32,000 nucleotides of DNA from Sulfolobus acidocaldarius DSM 639 (GTDB lineage Archaea; Thermoproteota; Thermoprotei_A; Sulfolobales; Sulfolobaceae): assembly GCF_000012285.1 (NCBI RefSeq), contig NC_007181.1:720001-752000 (forward strand), given 5' to 3'. Each line of letters begins with the position of its first letter. The first letter of the stretch is position 1. Below, piece by piece: positions 19,870 through 30,064 of the stretch. The notes under the pieces are model-generated. The model saw only the letters and a program-made list of their open reading frames with translations, was not told the DNA's origin and made no database searches. The position numbers and the translations under genes are program-made.

Positions 19870-21549
19870 ATGACAATGGACACTGACGATAAGATTTTGG
19901 AGAAATCAAAGGAATGGGAAGAGAAAGTCCTTAAGCCATGGATTAGTAAGAGACCAGAAAGGAAGAACAATTTTCTCACGCCATCTGGTATATTAGTTAA
20001 AAGACTCTACACTCCTTTAGATCAGAAGGGGGACTATCTAAGTAAACTAGGCTTTCCAGGAGAGTATCCATATACCCGCGGTATATATCCTAACATGTAT
20101 AGAGGAAGACTGTGGACTATAAGGCAATATGCTGGATACGGTTCTGCTGAAGATACAAATTATAGGTTTAGAAAGCTTCTGGAAGCTGGTCAAACAGGAT
20201 TAAGCATGGCTTTTGACTTGCCAACTCAGTTAGGTCTTGACCCCGATCACAAGTTAGCTTTTACCGAAGTAGGAGTTGTTGGTGTATCTCTTTTTCATTG
20301 GAAGGAAATGGATTTGGTAATGTCGGATATACCTATTCAGAAAGTGACCACATCGATGACTATAAACGCTACGGCAATTGAATTACTTTCCATGTATATA
20401 GCCACTGCTGAGTCACGTGGTATATCTACCTCAGAGTTAGATGGTACTGTGCAAAATGATATATTAAAAGAATACATAGCTAGAAAAAATTACATTTATC
20501 CACCAGAATTTGGAATAAGATATGCAGTTGATCTAATTGAGTATTCATCTAAAAACATCCCAAATTGGCATCCAATTAGCATCAGTGGTTATCACATACG
20601 AGAGGCTGGAGCTGATGCGATCCTAGAGGTGGCTTTTACCCTAGCTGACGGTATTGAGTATGTCAGGAAAACCATTGAGAGAGGTATATCAGTTGACGAT
20701 TTTGCACCTAAATTATCCTTCTTCTTTGCAGCTTACACCAACATATTTGAGGAAATAGCAAAATTTAGGGCGGCGAGAAGAATGTGGGCAAAGATTATGA
20801 AAGAAATGTTCAATGCTAAAAAGCCTGAGTCGATGATGCTTAGGTTTCATACCCAAACTGGTGGGGCTGAACTTACTGCTCAACAACCTGAAATAAATAT
20901 CATAAGAACTACGTTACAAGCTTTAGCTGCAATATTAGGTGGTACTCAAAGTCTTCATGTAAATTCTTATGATGAAGCATTAGGTTTACCTACTGAGAAA
21001 GCAGCTAAAATAGCCATCAGGGTTCAACAGGTTATTGCCCATGAAAGTGGAGCTACTGATACAATAGACCCAATTGCAGGTTCGTACTATGTTGAGTGGT
21101 TAACTGACGAGATTGAGGAACATGCTTGGAAAATTCTTTATGACATTGAAAGAATGGGCGGAATGATGAAAGCAATAGAGGTAGGATATCCACAGGCACA
21201 GATTGCAGAGAGTTCGTACAGGATTCAAAAGAGATTAGAGCAAAATGATTTGGTGAGGGTGGGCGTAAACATGTATTATGAGCCTGACTGGATAGGCACA
21301 ACAGAGGTTTTTAAGGTTAATCCGTTGGTTAGGGATAGGATATTGCAAAGGCTTGCAAAATACAAAAAGGAGAGAGATAACTCTAAGGTCGAGGGTTCCC
21401 TTTCAAGATTAAGAAATGCTGCAGACAAGGAGAACGTAAATATATTTCCTTATATTCTCGATGCAATAAAATCAGGAGCTACTGTGGGAGAAGTGAGCTC
21501 AGTTTTGAGAGAATTATGGGGTGAATATAAAGAACCTTCTTTATTTTAA
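19870..21549 (+). CDS. methylmalonyl-CoA mutase, large catalytic subunit (no B12-binding domain in this ORF)
   Basis: FPGEYPYTRGIYPNMYRGRLWTIRQYAGYGSAEDTN, TGLSMAFDLPTQ and RFHTQTGG are mutase TIM-barrel motifs. The protein ends before a cobalamin-binding module. Confidence 0.93.
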   Translation: MTMDTDDKILEKSKEWEEKVLKPWISKRPERKNNFLTPSGILVKRLYTPLDQKGDYLSKLGFPGEYPYTRGIYPNMYRGRLWTIRQYAGYGSAEDTNYRFRKLLEAGQTGLSMAFDLPTQLGLDPDHKLAFTEVGVVGVSLFHWKEMDLVMSDIPIQKVTTSMTINATAIELLSMYIATAESRGISTSELDGTVQNDILKEYIARKNYIYPPEFGIRYAVDLIEYSSKNIPNWHPISISGYHIREAGADAILEVAFTLADGIEYVRKTIERGISVDDFAPKLSFFFAAYTNIFEEIAKFRAARRMWAKIMKEMFNAKKPESMMLRFHTQTGGAELTAQQPEINIIRTTLQALAAILGGTQSLHVNSYDEALGLPTEKAAKIAIRVQQVIAHESGATDTIDPIAGSYYVEWLTDEIEEHAWKILYDIERMGGMMKAIEVGYPQAQIAESSYRIQKRLEQNDLVRVGVNMYYEPDWIGTTEVFKVNPLVRDRILQRLAKYKKERDNSKVEGSLSRLRNAADKENVNIFPYILDAIKSGATVGEVSSVLRELWGEYKEPSLF

Positions 21550-22088
21550 TCTTGTTTTTGTACCTTTAATTTCTTCAATATTTCCAAAAATCTCTCTTTT
21601 TTCTCAACTTCAACTTCATTATTTTCTCTAACTATCTCCCACTTATCCCATGGAAATATGATCCATTTATCAATTATCTTATAGTAATAATCTGGATATT
21701 TTCTTGACCAAGGTTTAACAAACAATGTGGCTGTTCTTACAACTAATGGATTAAACATTGCAATAATGTTACCTGCAAAATCTAATGTTTCTCCGGTATC
21801 TGATACGTCGTCTATTACTAATACCTTCTTAGCCTCTACGTCGTTCACATAAATAGCTCTTACTATAGGTTTATTCTCTCTATCCTTTACTCCCTTATAA
21901 AACCTAATATCTACGTACTTCAGATTCTTTATCCCCAGAGCATCTGATATGAGTTTTGCTGGTATCACGCCTCCGGTTAAAATACTCACTATCATATCAG
22001 GAACAAAATTATCGTCTAACATTTTTTCAGCTATCGTTAGCACGCCTTCTTCTATCTCATTCCAACTCGGCACATAGTATTCAACCAT
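21546..22088 (-). CDS. purine (xanthine/hypoxanthine-guanine type) phosphoribosyltransferase
   Basis: PRPP-binding motif VLVIDDVSDTGETL and the Gpt-like C-terminal WIIFPWD. Confidence 0.78.
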   Translation of the reverse strand: MVEYYVPSWNEIEEGVLTIAEKMLDDNFVPDMIVSILTGGVIPAKLISDALGIKNLKYVDIRFYKGVKDRENKPIVRAIYVNDVEAKKVLVIDDVSDTGETLDFAGNIIAMFNPLVVRTATLFVKPWSRKYPDYYYKIIDKWIIFPWDKWEIVRENNEVEVEKKERFLEILKKLKVQKQD

Positions 22089-23175
22089 TCCAGATCACCA
22101 AGGGTACTTTCATCTCATTAAGTGATAAGCCTCCGTGATGACCTTTAAGTTTATTGTATTCGTTTCCCTCTTCCTTAAATAGGTATACATACGCATTGGA
22201 GTCGGTAGGAACAGCTATATAGTCCGCATAAGAGGTATTACCACCTATTAATTTTTCAAACTCATTTCTACCAAAAACTTCAAGGTTGGGATATTTTGTT
22301 TTTAGATACGTCTTTAGATCATATCTACTGTGTAAGAACACAGCCCTAGAGTCTCCATAAGGAACAACATCTAGAAGTTTTAATAACTCTGAATCGTGGT
22401 TAAGGGCAATATGTTCATTAACCTGAACATGTCCGTGATCTGCTGTAATCACAAAAGTGTAATCCTTGAATCTCTCAGCCAGTTTCATTAGACCGTTATA
22501 AAGATCTCGTATACATTCTTTTACTACTGGGTGGTTTGGACCATGTTTATGTGCCAAACTATCAACATCAGGAATGTAGATATATACGAAATCATACTCT
22601 TTCATCTGAAGGATATTTGAAGCTTCTGTGAAAGCGTCCCAATAATTTATATAAGTCTTCGTGATGTTCGTCCTACCGTGTGTTAACTTAGTAAACTGTG
22701 TATTTTCTAATCCCTTAGGAGTCACTTCTGCTGTCTTTTTGTCTCTAACTTCTTTTAGATAATTTTTTACATCCGGGAACGCTTTCTCATATTCGATACC
22801 TTCCTCTGAAATAATGTCCCTAGTATCCACTAAAGGGTAAGTGTACTTGAGAGTGTTGATTATTCCTCCAAGTCTTTTTGAGTAAGTGGTATAACCTAAT
22901 ATACCATGCTCAGCTGGTAATTGAGCAGTAAATAAGGTGGTTAAAGTTGTAGCAGTAGTTGAAGGAAAAACTGTTGTTATAGTTCTGTCTACAGTAAAGC
23001 CTGCATCACTTAGCATTGTGTAACCAAGACCATCCAGGAGTGTTAAAGCAATCCTCCTACCGCTTATCTCTAGTTTCTTGCCTTTGCATTCCCTATTTAC
23101 TCCTAAAAAATCAGCAATCGCACAGGCTAAATTATAAACGCTATTTGAGTAGTAATCAGGATATACAAATTCCAT
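22081..23175 (-). CDS. alkaline-phosphatase-superfamily metalloenzyme (type I phosphodiesterase/nucleotide pyrophosphatase-like)
   Basis: LLDGLGY (metal-binding Asp), FPSTTATT (nucleophile Thr region), DVDSLAHKHG and TADHGH. Overlaps the PRTase start by 8 nt. Confidence 0.75.
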   Translation of the reverse strand: MEFVYPDYYSNSVYNLACAIADFLGVNRECKGKKLEISGRRIALTLLDGLGYTMLSDAGFTVDRTITTVFPSTTATTLTTLFTAQLPAEHGILGYTTYSKRLGGIINTLKYTYPLVDTRDIISEEGIEYEKAFPDVKNYLKEVRDKKTAEVTPKGLENTQFTKLTHGRTNITKTYINYWDAFTEASNILQMKEYDFVYIYIPDVDSLAHKHGPNHPVVKECIRDLYNGLMKLAERFKDYTFVITADHGHVQVNEHIALNHDSELLKLLDVVPYGDSRAVFLHSRYDLKTYLKTKYPNLEVFGRNEFEKLIGGNTSYADYIAVPTDSNAYVYLFKEEGNEYNKLKGHHGGLSLNEMKVPLVIWNG

Positions 23176-23214
23176 ACCAATAAAGTTTTATTTAAGTTAA
23201 TAAGAAGAGATGGT

Positions 23215-23370
23215 ATGATTTTAGATCTTATTGTGTATGCAGCAACGGCTAGTGCTAACGGAAATCCTGAATCTTATAGTAGTTTAGTTTCAATGCTAGT
23301 TTATGTCGGTATCGGTCTGTCTGCAATAGGAGCTGTCTTAGCTTTAATATTTAGGTTAAGAAAAACTTAG
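23215..23370 (+). CDS. possible small membrane protein (51 aa, not in the ORF track)
   Basis: Own translation: MILDLIVYAATASANGNPESYSSLVSMLVYVGIGLSAIGAVLALIFRLRKT. The TATA-like GTTTTATTTAAG (23185-23196) lies about 26 nt upstream, and the stop is 2 nt before the next ATG. Confidence 0.4.
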   Translation: MILDLIVYAATASANGNPESYSSLVSMLVYVGIGLSAIGAVLALIFRLRKT

Positions 23371-23372
23371 TA

Positions 23373-24923
23373 ATGTATGACGTTGTAATCATAGGCGGAG
23401 GACATAATGGTTTAGTTACCGCCTCCTATTTAGCTAAATATGGTCTTAAGGTAGCAGTATTTGAGAGAAGGAATATTATAGGTGGTGCTGCAGCTACTGA
23501 AGAACTATGGCCAGGTATAAGGGTCTCGACTGGTTCTTATGTTTTGAGTCTATTAAGGAAGAAAATCATTAAAGATCTAGAGTTAGAACGATATGGACTG
23601 AAAGTCTATCTGAAAGATCCTGGTTTATTTGTACCATTTGAAAACGGAAAGAGTATAACAATATGGCTAAGCTTAAAGAGAACAATGAAAGAAATAGAAA
23701 AATTTTCTAAGAAAGATTCTATAAATTATGAGAAGTTTGTTAAACTCTTAGATAATATGAGTGAAATTATAGATCTTGTAATGCTCAGTCCACCTCCTGA
23801 AATAACAGAAATAGAAGAGCTGCTCAAGCTTGTGAAGTCATTTAACATCAACGAAAATGATGCCTTAACCCTAGCCAGAATGTTTTTCCAAGATGGAAAG
23901 TCTTTCTTGGATGAGTTTTTCGAAAGTGAGGAGTTGAAAGCTGCTCTTATCGAAGATGCTGTTGTAGGTACTTTTGCATCTCCTTCAACCCCAGGAACAG
24001 CATATGTCCTTCTGCATCATAATATAGGGGAAGTTAATGGTATAAAGGGGGCATGGGGATATGTTGAAGGAGGAATGGGAGCTATAAGTAAAGCCATAGC
24101 AAAATACGCAATAGATCATGGAGTCGAAATTTACATGAACTCTCAGGTCGATAAAATACTTGTTAAGGATGGTGTTGCAACTGGCATTGAGCTGAAAGAT
24201 GGTAAAATTATTAATTCTAAGATTGTGGTCTCTAATGCCGATCCTAAAACCACTTTTCTTAAACTACTAAGGGATGCTGAATTGGACGAAGATTTTCTGC
24301 GTAAGATAAAGGCGCTAAAATCAACGGGAGTCTCGTTCAAGATAAACGGGTACACAGAAGAGCTTCCAGATTATGGATCTGGAAAGGACTTTAAACCTAT
24401 ACATGTTGCGTCTCAATTGATTATGCCGTCCATTGACTATATCGAAAAAGCATATACTGATGCAAGATCTATAGGCTATTCCAAAAGACCATGGCTATCC
24501 CTTAACATTCCTTCAACCTTAGACCCAACATTAGCTCCATCTGGAAAATATGTCTTTAACATATTTGGGCAATACATTGTTTATGGTTACGACGATGAAG
24601 CTAAAAAACAGGAACTATTGCAGAATGTCTTAGATTCTCTGAGAGAATTTGCACCTAACTTTAAGCCTATACAACTGGAGTTTTTAACACCTAAGGACAT
24701 AGAAGCCAGATTCGGTATGATGGGTGGGAATATATTTCATTTGGACATGACACCTGACCAATTATATGTTTTTAGACCTGCTATAGGTTACTCCAGATAT
24801 AAGACGCCAATAAAGAACCTATACCTTTGTGGCTCTGGTACTCATCCAGGTGGCGGTGTAACTGGAGCTCCTGGCTATAATTCTGCGGTTCAGATTCTCA
24901 AGGACACTGGTGTATTACAATGA
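23373..24923 (+). CDS. FAD-dependent oxidoreductase, phytoene-desaturase (CrtI)-related family
   Basis: N-terminal dinucleotide fold YDVVIIGGGHNGL...FERRNIIGGAA and C-terminal LYLCGSGTHPGGGVTGAPG. Confidence 0.85.
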   Translation: MYDVVIIGGGHNGLVTASYLAKYGLKVAVFERRNIIGGAAATEELWPGIRVSTGSYVLSLLRKKIIKDLELERYGLKVYLKDPGLFVPFENGKSITIWLSLKRTMKEIEKFSKKDSINYEKFVKLLDNMSEIIDLVMLSPPPEITEIEELLKLVKSFNINENDALTLARMFFQDGKSFLDEFFESEELKAALIEDAVVGTFASPSTPGTAYVLLHHNIGEVNGIKGAWGYVEGGMGAISKAIAKYAIDHGVEIYMNSQVDKILVKDGVATGIELKDGKIINSKIVVSNADPKTTFLKLLRDAELDEDFLRKIKALKSTGVSFKINGYTEELPDYGSGKDFKPIHVASQLIMPSIDYIEKAYTDARSIGYSKRPWLSLNIPSTLDPTLAPSGKYVFNIFGQYIVYGYDDEAKKQELLQNVLDSLREFAPNFKPIQLEFLTPKDIEARFGMMGGNIFHLDMTPDQLYVFRPAIGYSRYKTPIKNLYLCGSGTHPGGGVTGAPGYNSAVQILKDTGVLQ

Positions 24924-24957
24924 CTTAAATATCGGGAAATAGATATTCAGATTAGTT

Positions 24958-26766
24958 ATGACCATTGATGAAGTACCGATAATCATATCACTCTTGGGGG
25001 TAATCATATTTATAGTAGTTATCTTATCCCTGTTGTTTAAAAAACAGACACAAAAATTCATTGTTTCAGATAAAGCGACACAAATTCAACAAAAAAATCA
25101 ACGTAAAAATGATATCCTTGATAGGATTAATTGGGAAATGATAGGTGGATATGAGGATGTTAAGAAGGAAATTAAGGAGTACATAGAATTCCCATTAAAG
25201 TATAAGGAGTTATCAAGGAAATATGGTATTAAACCTCCAAAAGGTATTCTATTATTTGGACCACCAGGGTGTGGAAAAACACTAATGATGAGAGCATTAG
25301 CAAATGAAGCTAAAATTAACTTCATTTATGTGAACGTCAGCGATATTATGAGTAAATGGTATGGTGAAAGCGAGGCTAGACTTAGAGAACTTTTCGCAAA
25401 TGCAAGAAAGAATTCCCCATGTATACTTTTCTTTGATGAAATTGATACAATAGGGGTTAGAAGAGAAAGTCATACGGGAGATTCTGTTACTCCTAGACTA
25501 CTATCCCTCATGTTATCTGAAATAGACGGTTTGCAAGGGAATGATGGTATAATTTTAGTAGGTTCCACAAACATACCCCATTTATTAGATAAAGCCCTAT
25601 TGAGAGCAGGAAGATTCGATAAATTGATTTACATAGGGTTACCTGACAAGAGATCAAGAAGAGAAATACTGGAAATACATTGTAAAGCTAAACCATTAGA
25701 GAGCGATGTAGATTTTGATAAACTCGCTGAAATGACTGAGAGGTTTACTGGTGCAGATTTGGCTAACTTATGCCAGGAAGTAGCAAGAAGGGCAGCAATA
25801 GAAGCCTTAGAAAGAAATGTAGAGAGAAAAATAAGTATGCAAGATTTTAACGATGTTATAAAGAGATATAAGCCCAGCGTAACACTTCAAATGTTGGAAG
25901 AATATGAAAAGTTTAGGTTAGATTATGAGAGGAAGTTCAGGGGTCCAGAAATCACAAGTTCTGATAATGAAAAAATAACCTTAGATGACATAGGTGGGTA
26001 TAATTCAATAAAGAAGGAGTTATATGAGCTATTAGAAATACAACTTCGTTATTCCAAACTGATGGAGCAAATGAAGATACCCCCAATAAGGGGAATTCTA
26101 TTACATGGTCCACCAGGTGTAGGGAAGACTATGATGGCAAAAGCATTGTCTAAGACACTAGGTGTTAAGTTTATAATGATTAGTGGGGCAGAGATCCTAT
26201 ACAAGGGATATGAAGGTGCAGTTAGTACAATCAAAGAAGTCTTCAATAGGGCAAGGGAGAATAAGCCTGCTATTGTTTTACTGGATGAGATAGATGCAAT
26301 AGCACCTAGAAGAGAAAATCAGAAAACCGACTCCTCTAAGGTGGTAAATCAGTTGCTAACAGAAATGGATGGTATAAGGAGCTTAAAGGAGGTAGTGGTT
26401 ATTGCAACGACAAACAGAATGGAGGATGTAGATCCTGCACTAAAAAGACCGGGTAGATTTGATAGAATAGTGTACATGCCTCTGCCTAATTCTGAGGAGA
26501 GGGAAGATATTCTCCAAAAGTATATTGGACTTGAGGAGTGTAAAATGGTTAAATGTGATCAAATTGCAAAAGTCACTGAAGGCTATAGCGGTGCTGATCT
26601 TGCAGCTATAGCTAGAGAGGCTAAGTTAAAGGTTCTAAGGGAGATAATAAGAGGAAATGTGGATAGAAAGTTGAGTTATGAGGATTTAATTGAGGCAGCT
26701 AGTAAAATTAAACCGTCTGTAAAGCAAGAGAGAAAGATCTTAGAAGACTTTCGTCAAGACTTATAA
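24958..26766 (+). CDS. tandem (type II) AAA+ ATPase with N-terminal transmembrane anchor
   Basis: Residues 7-27, [21 protein letters not shown], are followed by KK. D1 has GPPGCGKT / ILFFDEID and D2 has GPPGVGKT / VLLDEID, both with the second region of homology (classic AAA). There is no Cdc48-type N domain. Confidence 0.9.
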   Translation: MTIDEVPIIISLLGVIIFIVVILSLLFKKQTQKFIVSDKATQIQQKNQRKNDILDRINWEMIGGYEDVKKEIKEYIEFPLKYKELSRKYGIKPPKGILLFGPPGCGKTLMMRALANEAKINFIYVNVSDIMSKWYGESEARLRELFANARKNSPCILFFDEIDTIGVRRESHTGDSVTPRLLSLMLSEIDGLQGNDGIILVGSTNIPHLLDKALLRAGRFDKLIYIGLPDKRSRREILEIHCKAKPLESDVDFDKLAEMTERFTGADLANLCQEVARRAAIEALERNVERKISMQDFNDVIKRYKPSVTLQMLEEYEKFRLDYERKFRGPEITSSDNEKITLDDIGGYNSIKKELYELLEIQLRYSKLMEQMKIPPIRGILLHGPPGVGKTMMAKALSKTLGVKFIMISGAEILYKGYEGAVSTIKEVFNRARENKPAIVLLDEIDAIAPRRENQKTDSSKVVNQLLTEMDGIRSLKEVVVIATTNRMEDVDPALKRPGRFDRIVYMPLPNSEEREDILQKYIGLEECKMVKCDQIAKVTEGYSGADLAAIAREAKLKVLREIIRGNVDRKLSYEDLIEAASKIKPSVKQERKILEDFRQDL

Positions 26767-27511
26767 CTAAATCTTTTACAACACTTACTTCCGTCAAACT
26801 ACTTTTAATTTTTCTTAAACCTATGTCGTATGGAATTACCCCTAATCTGGAACAGAAGTTAGATGAGGCTGCAATATCCACATTTCTCAGTTTTCCCCTT
26901 ATATCAAAAAACATTGTTGCCCTGCCTGTACACACTAATATCATATCTAAGGATGCACTTCCTAAACTTCTTATTTTATAACCCTGACCAATCTTCTCAA
27001 AAAATAATTTCAGATTAGGTAGCTTTGACCTGGAGAAATAGGCTAATAATAGTATTTTTTCAGGCTTTTTTATCTCTGCTATCTTTACGCCATTTACGTA
27101 AGCGCTTCCTTCATCGTAGGAAAATGTGTAAGGAGTGAAAATACTGCTTACAGCACCTACATTTGAACTGAGTATATCTTCTTCGTCCCTATTGTATATA
27201 GCAATAGATACTGAAGACCATGGTATTCCTGATACAAAATTTGTACTTCCATCCAGTGGATCTACAATTGCAATGTAATCGTAATTTTTCCCATAACTGT
27301 CAATTACACCTGATTCTTCTGTAACTATGAGTATATTATATCCTAGACTTTTTAACCTGTCCACAATAAAGTCTTCAGATCTCTTATCTATAATTCTAGT
27401 CACGTCATTACCATGTACATTAATTACTCTGTCGACGTCCTTGTTTTCTCTCTCTTCATATATATATTTAGAAGCTTCGCTAGCTACCTTCTCTACATCT
27501 TCTCTTTTCAT
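26708..27511 (-). CDS. inositol monophosphatase / fructose-1,6-bisphosphatase family phosphatase
   Basis: VTEESG and [10 protein letters not shown] metal-binding motifs, and a C-terminal DIAASS region. Confidence 0.85.
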   Translation of the reverse strand: MKREDVEKVASEASKYIYEERENKDVDRVINVHGNDVTRIIDKRSEDFIVDRLKSLGYNILIVTEESGVIDSYGKNYDYIAIVDPLDGSTNFVSGIPWSSVSIAIYNRDEEDILSSNVGAVSSIFTPYTFSYDEGSAYVNGVKIAEIKKPEKILLLAYFSRSKLPNLKLFFEKIGQGYKIRSLGSASLDMILVCTGRATMFFDIRGKLRNVDIAASSNFCSRLGVIPYDIGLRKIKSSLTEVSVVKDLVISLDESLLRSFSLALQTV

Positions 27512-28479
27512 TTTTTCTTCTTCCTCTGGTTTAGATAATTAAATGCTGCATGAGCAGCAACTGCACCCTGAGCTGTCGCGGTAATAATTTGTCTAAAGCC
27601 AAGCCACATTCCCGTACAATCTCCTGCTGCAAATACTCCCTCTACGTTAGTTCTCATCCACTCGTCGACTTTAATATATCCGTTGTTATCTACTTCTATT
27701 CCATGTGCTCTGGCGAAATCGGTAGGTGGTTCAAAACCTATTTCCACGAATATACCATTAGTTTGTATCTCTCTAGTCTCTCCAGTGTTTATATTCTGTA
27801 TTACAACTGATTTTACTAATTTCTCTCCCTTAATTTCCTTTACTACGGAGTTTAGAATTATTTCGACGTTCGGTTTTTTCTTAACCAATTCAACATAAAT
27901 AGGTTGTGCTTTAAATTGATCTCTCCTATGGACTAGATAAACCTTATTGGAGTATCTTGAAAGTATTTCAGCGCCCTCAAGCGCAGAATCTCCTCCACCC
28001 ACGATTACCGTAGTCCTGTTTTTAAACAACGGTGCGTCACATATTGAGCAATAAGACACTCCTCTGCCTGCAAATTCATTTTCTCCAGGTACATTTAATT
28101 TTCTTCTTTTGACTCCTATTGCTAAAATTAAAGTATCTGCTTTATATTCTCCTTTTCTCTTTGTCTTAACCACGAATTCGTCTCCTTCTCTCTTAAAACC
28201 CTCCACGATATCTAAAAGTACTGGTACCTCGTATTTCTCAATATGTTTGTTGAATACTTTTATCATATCTTGCGCGTTTATTCCTATCAAGCCTAGATAA
28301 TCGTCTACCTCACCAGCTTCTGTCAATTGTCCACCTGGAGTTTCTCCTATAACAAGTGTTTTTAACATAAATCTAGCAGCATATAATGCAGCGCTATAAG
28401 CAGCAGGTCCTAAACCTATAATTATGGTATCGTACTTTTCGCCTTCTTTAACGTTAAATACCTTTGGTAATAGACTCAT
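27508..28479 (-). CDS. trxB: thioredoxin reductase
   Basis: [18 protein letters not shown] (FAD), redox-active [14 protein letters not shown] (NADPH) and GVFAAGDC. Confidence 0.92.
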   Translation of the reverse strand: MSLLPKVFNVKEGEKYDTIIIGLGPAAYSAALYAARFMLKTLVIGETPGGQLTEAGEVDDYLGLIGINAQDMIKVFNKHIEKYEVPVLLDIVEGFKREGDEFVVKTKRKGEYKADTLILAIGVKRRKLNVPGENEFAGRGVSYCSICDAPLFKNRTTVIVGGGDSALEGAEILSRYSNKVYLVHRRDQFKAQPIYVELVKKKPNVEIILNSVVKEIKGEKLVKSVVIQNINTGETREIQTNGIFVEIGFEPPTDFARAHGIEVDNNGYIKVDEWMRTNVEGVFAAGDCTGMWLGFRQIITATAQGAVAAHAAFNYLNQRKKKK

Positions 28480-28555
28480 ATGTATAATCTACTTCTAATG
28501 AATTTTAAGTTTTCCTAGATTTGATTTTTATTCTACCTGGCAAGATTAAGAATCA
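28480..28555. promoter_or_regulatory. divergent promoter region (trxB / DHPS-like gene)
   Basis: GATTTTTATTC (28523-28533) lies about 27 nt before ATG 28556. AATTTTAAG (28501-28509; CTTAAAATT on the minus strand) lies about 26 nt before the start at 28479. Confidence 0.4.
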
Positions 28556-30064
28556 ATGCGAGTATTATTGATAACCGCTAAATTAGCCTATAACAATGTA
28601 AAAGCAGTATCCTCCTCATTAGGTGTAGACACGGATATACTAATGCTCAATTATCCAATAGCTTCACTAATGACAGTTGATTATATAGTAGAAAATTTAA
28701 AGAGTCTTAAGCTGGGCAAATACGACTACATAATAATTCCTGGGCTGGTAAATGGAGATGCTAAAAAAATAGAGGAAGTTACAGGTATAAAGACCTATAA
28801 GGGAACTGAGGACATAAACGATTTACCACTTATGATTCAAGCTTTAAAAAATGGTCTTAGCTTTTCCACAACTATCCCAGCGGACAAATTAATCAGCATA
28901 GAGAGAGAAAAAGAGGTGTCTTTGGAATTAAGGAGATTAGAAGAGAACGGTGATTACGCATTTGAGGTAAATGGACTAAAGATTCCCAGAAGACCGCCAC
29001 CATTTAGGATATTTCTTGAGATCGATGGGACGAAATCCCTGGAGTTGTTGGAAAACGAGATAGAGAGGGTGGATAAACTAGTGGATGTCATAGTTATCGG
29101 GTTCCCGTCTGGTCATGAGGATATAAGTGAAGTAAAAAATAAGGTAAGTAAGCTTTCGTCTATGAAGCTTACTGCGATTGATTCTGGCTCCCCTAAAGAG
29201 TTAATAGAGGGAGTAAAGGCTGGAGCAAGTTTTGTATTCAATCTAAATGAAGAAAATATATCTGATCTCTTAGACATCAAGAGGGATGCGGTATTTATTG
29301 TAGCTCCCTTTAGCGTGGAAAATAAAGCTACTACAACATTGAAAATTAGAGATAAGGCAAAGCAACTAGGATTTGATAAGTTAATCCTTGATCCTATCCT
29401 TTCACCTCCCATAACTGGATTAGTGGAAAGTCTATGCGAATATAAAACGGTAAGAGAAAACTCCAATGAGCCTATGCTCATGGGCTTACTTAATGTTACA
29501 GAACTTATAGATGCTGATAGTGTTGGAATAAATGGGATTTTAACATCAATTGCAGGAGAGTTAGGTGTCGCTAATCTTCTAACGATGGAGAGAGGAAAAA
29601 CTAGAGGGTCTTCGTATGAAATTAACACTGCTACTAAGATGATATCTATAGCACTTAACAAACGTAAAAATCCTAAAGACTTGGGGTTAGATTTACTAAT
29701 TTTAAAGGACAAGAAAAAAATATCTACAAGTTTGAATGAGAATTCTGGGGAAATCATTAGGGTTTATGAATATTTAGAACCAAAGAATATGGATAAAGGA
29801 TATGTAAAGATAGATAAGAATGATGAAGAGATAGTACTAACCTATTACGGCAAAGAAAAATTCAGCGTAGTCGGAACTAGTGGCTTAAGTATAGGAAGAA
29901 AATTTATTGAAAAAGCTAATGTCAACACTGAGCACGCCTTATACATAGGCTATGAGCTAGCTAAAGCGGAGATAGCCTTGAACTTAGGTAAAAATTATAT
30001 TCAGGATAAACCCTTATTTAAACATGCTTATATCAATGCCTACAGTAATAAAAAGAAACACTGA
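28556..30064 (+). CDS. archaeal dihydropteroate-synthase-like (pterin-binding) multidomain protein
   Basis: About 500 aa, with the architecture and N-terminal pattern (VLLITAKLAY...IIIPGLV.GDA) recalled from archaeal DHPS-like proteins. Has a central TIM-like segment and a C-terminal region ending YIQDKPL. The call rests on recognition and needs an HMM check. Confidence 0.5.
   Translation: MRVLLITAKLAYNNVKAVSSSLGVDTDILMLNYPIASLMTVDYIVENLKSLKLGKYDYIIIPGLVNGDAKKIEEVTGIKTYKGTEDINDLPLMIQALKNGLSFSTTIPADKLISIEREKEVSLELRRLEENGDYAFEVNGLKIPRRPPPFRIFLEIDGTKSLELLENEIERVDKLVDVIVIGFPSGHEDISEVKNKVSKLSSMKLTAIDSGSPKELIEGVKAGASFVFNLNEENISDLLDIKRDAVFIVAPFSVENKATTTLKIRDKAKQLGFDKLILDPILSPPITGLVESLCEYKTVRENSNEPMLMGLLNVTELIDADSVGINGILTSIAGELGVANLLTMERGKTRGSSYEINTATKMISIALNKRKNPKDLGLDLLILKDKKKISTSLNENSGEIIRVYEYLEPKNMDKGYVKIDKNDEEIVLTYYGKEKFSVVGTSGLSIGRKFIEKANVNTEHALYIGYELAKAEIALNLGKNYIQDKPLFKHAYINAYSNKKKH

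Noticed and set aside
21546-23175. An alkaline-phosphatase-superfamily protein plus a PRTase, overlapping in an operon, which superficially resembles domain combinations seen in phage-defence systems (PglZ-like or PRTase effectors)
   Set aside because: The PRTase has the full Gpt-type purine salvage pattern, including WIIFPWD. The AP-family protein is the common COG1524-type enzyme. There are no ATPase, nuclease, methylase or other defence partners nearby, so nucleotide salvage housekeeping is the simpler reading.
29113-29757. 214-aa minus-strand ORF antisense to the DHPS-like gene, the longest alternative ORF in the track
   Set aside because: It has the same shadow-ORF composition (S/L/I/F rich), no start context and no motif, and is fully contained in a better-supported gene.
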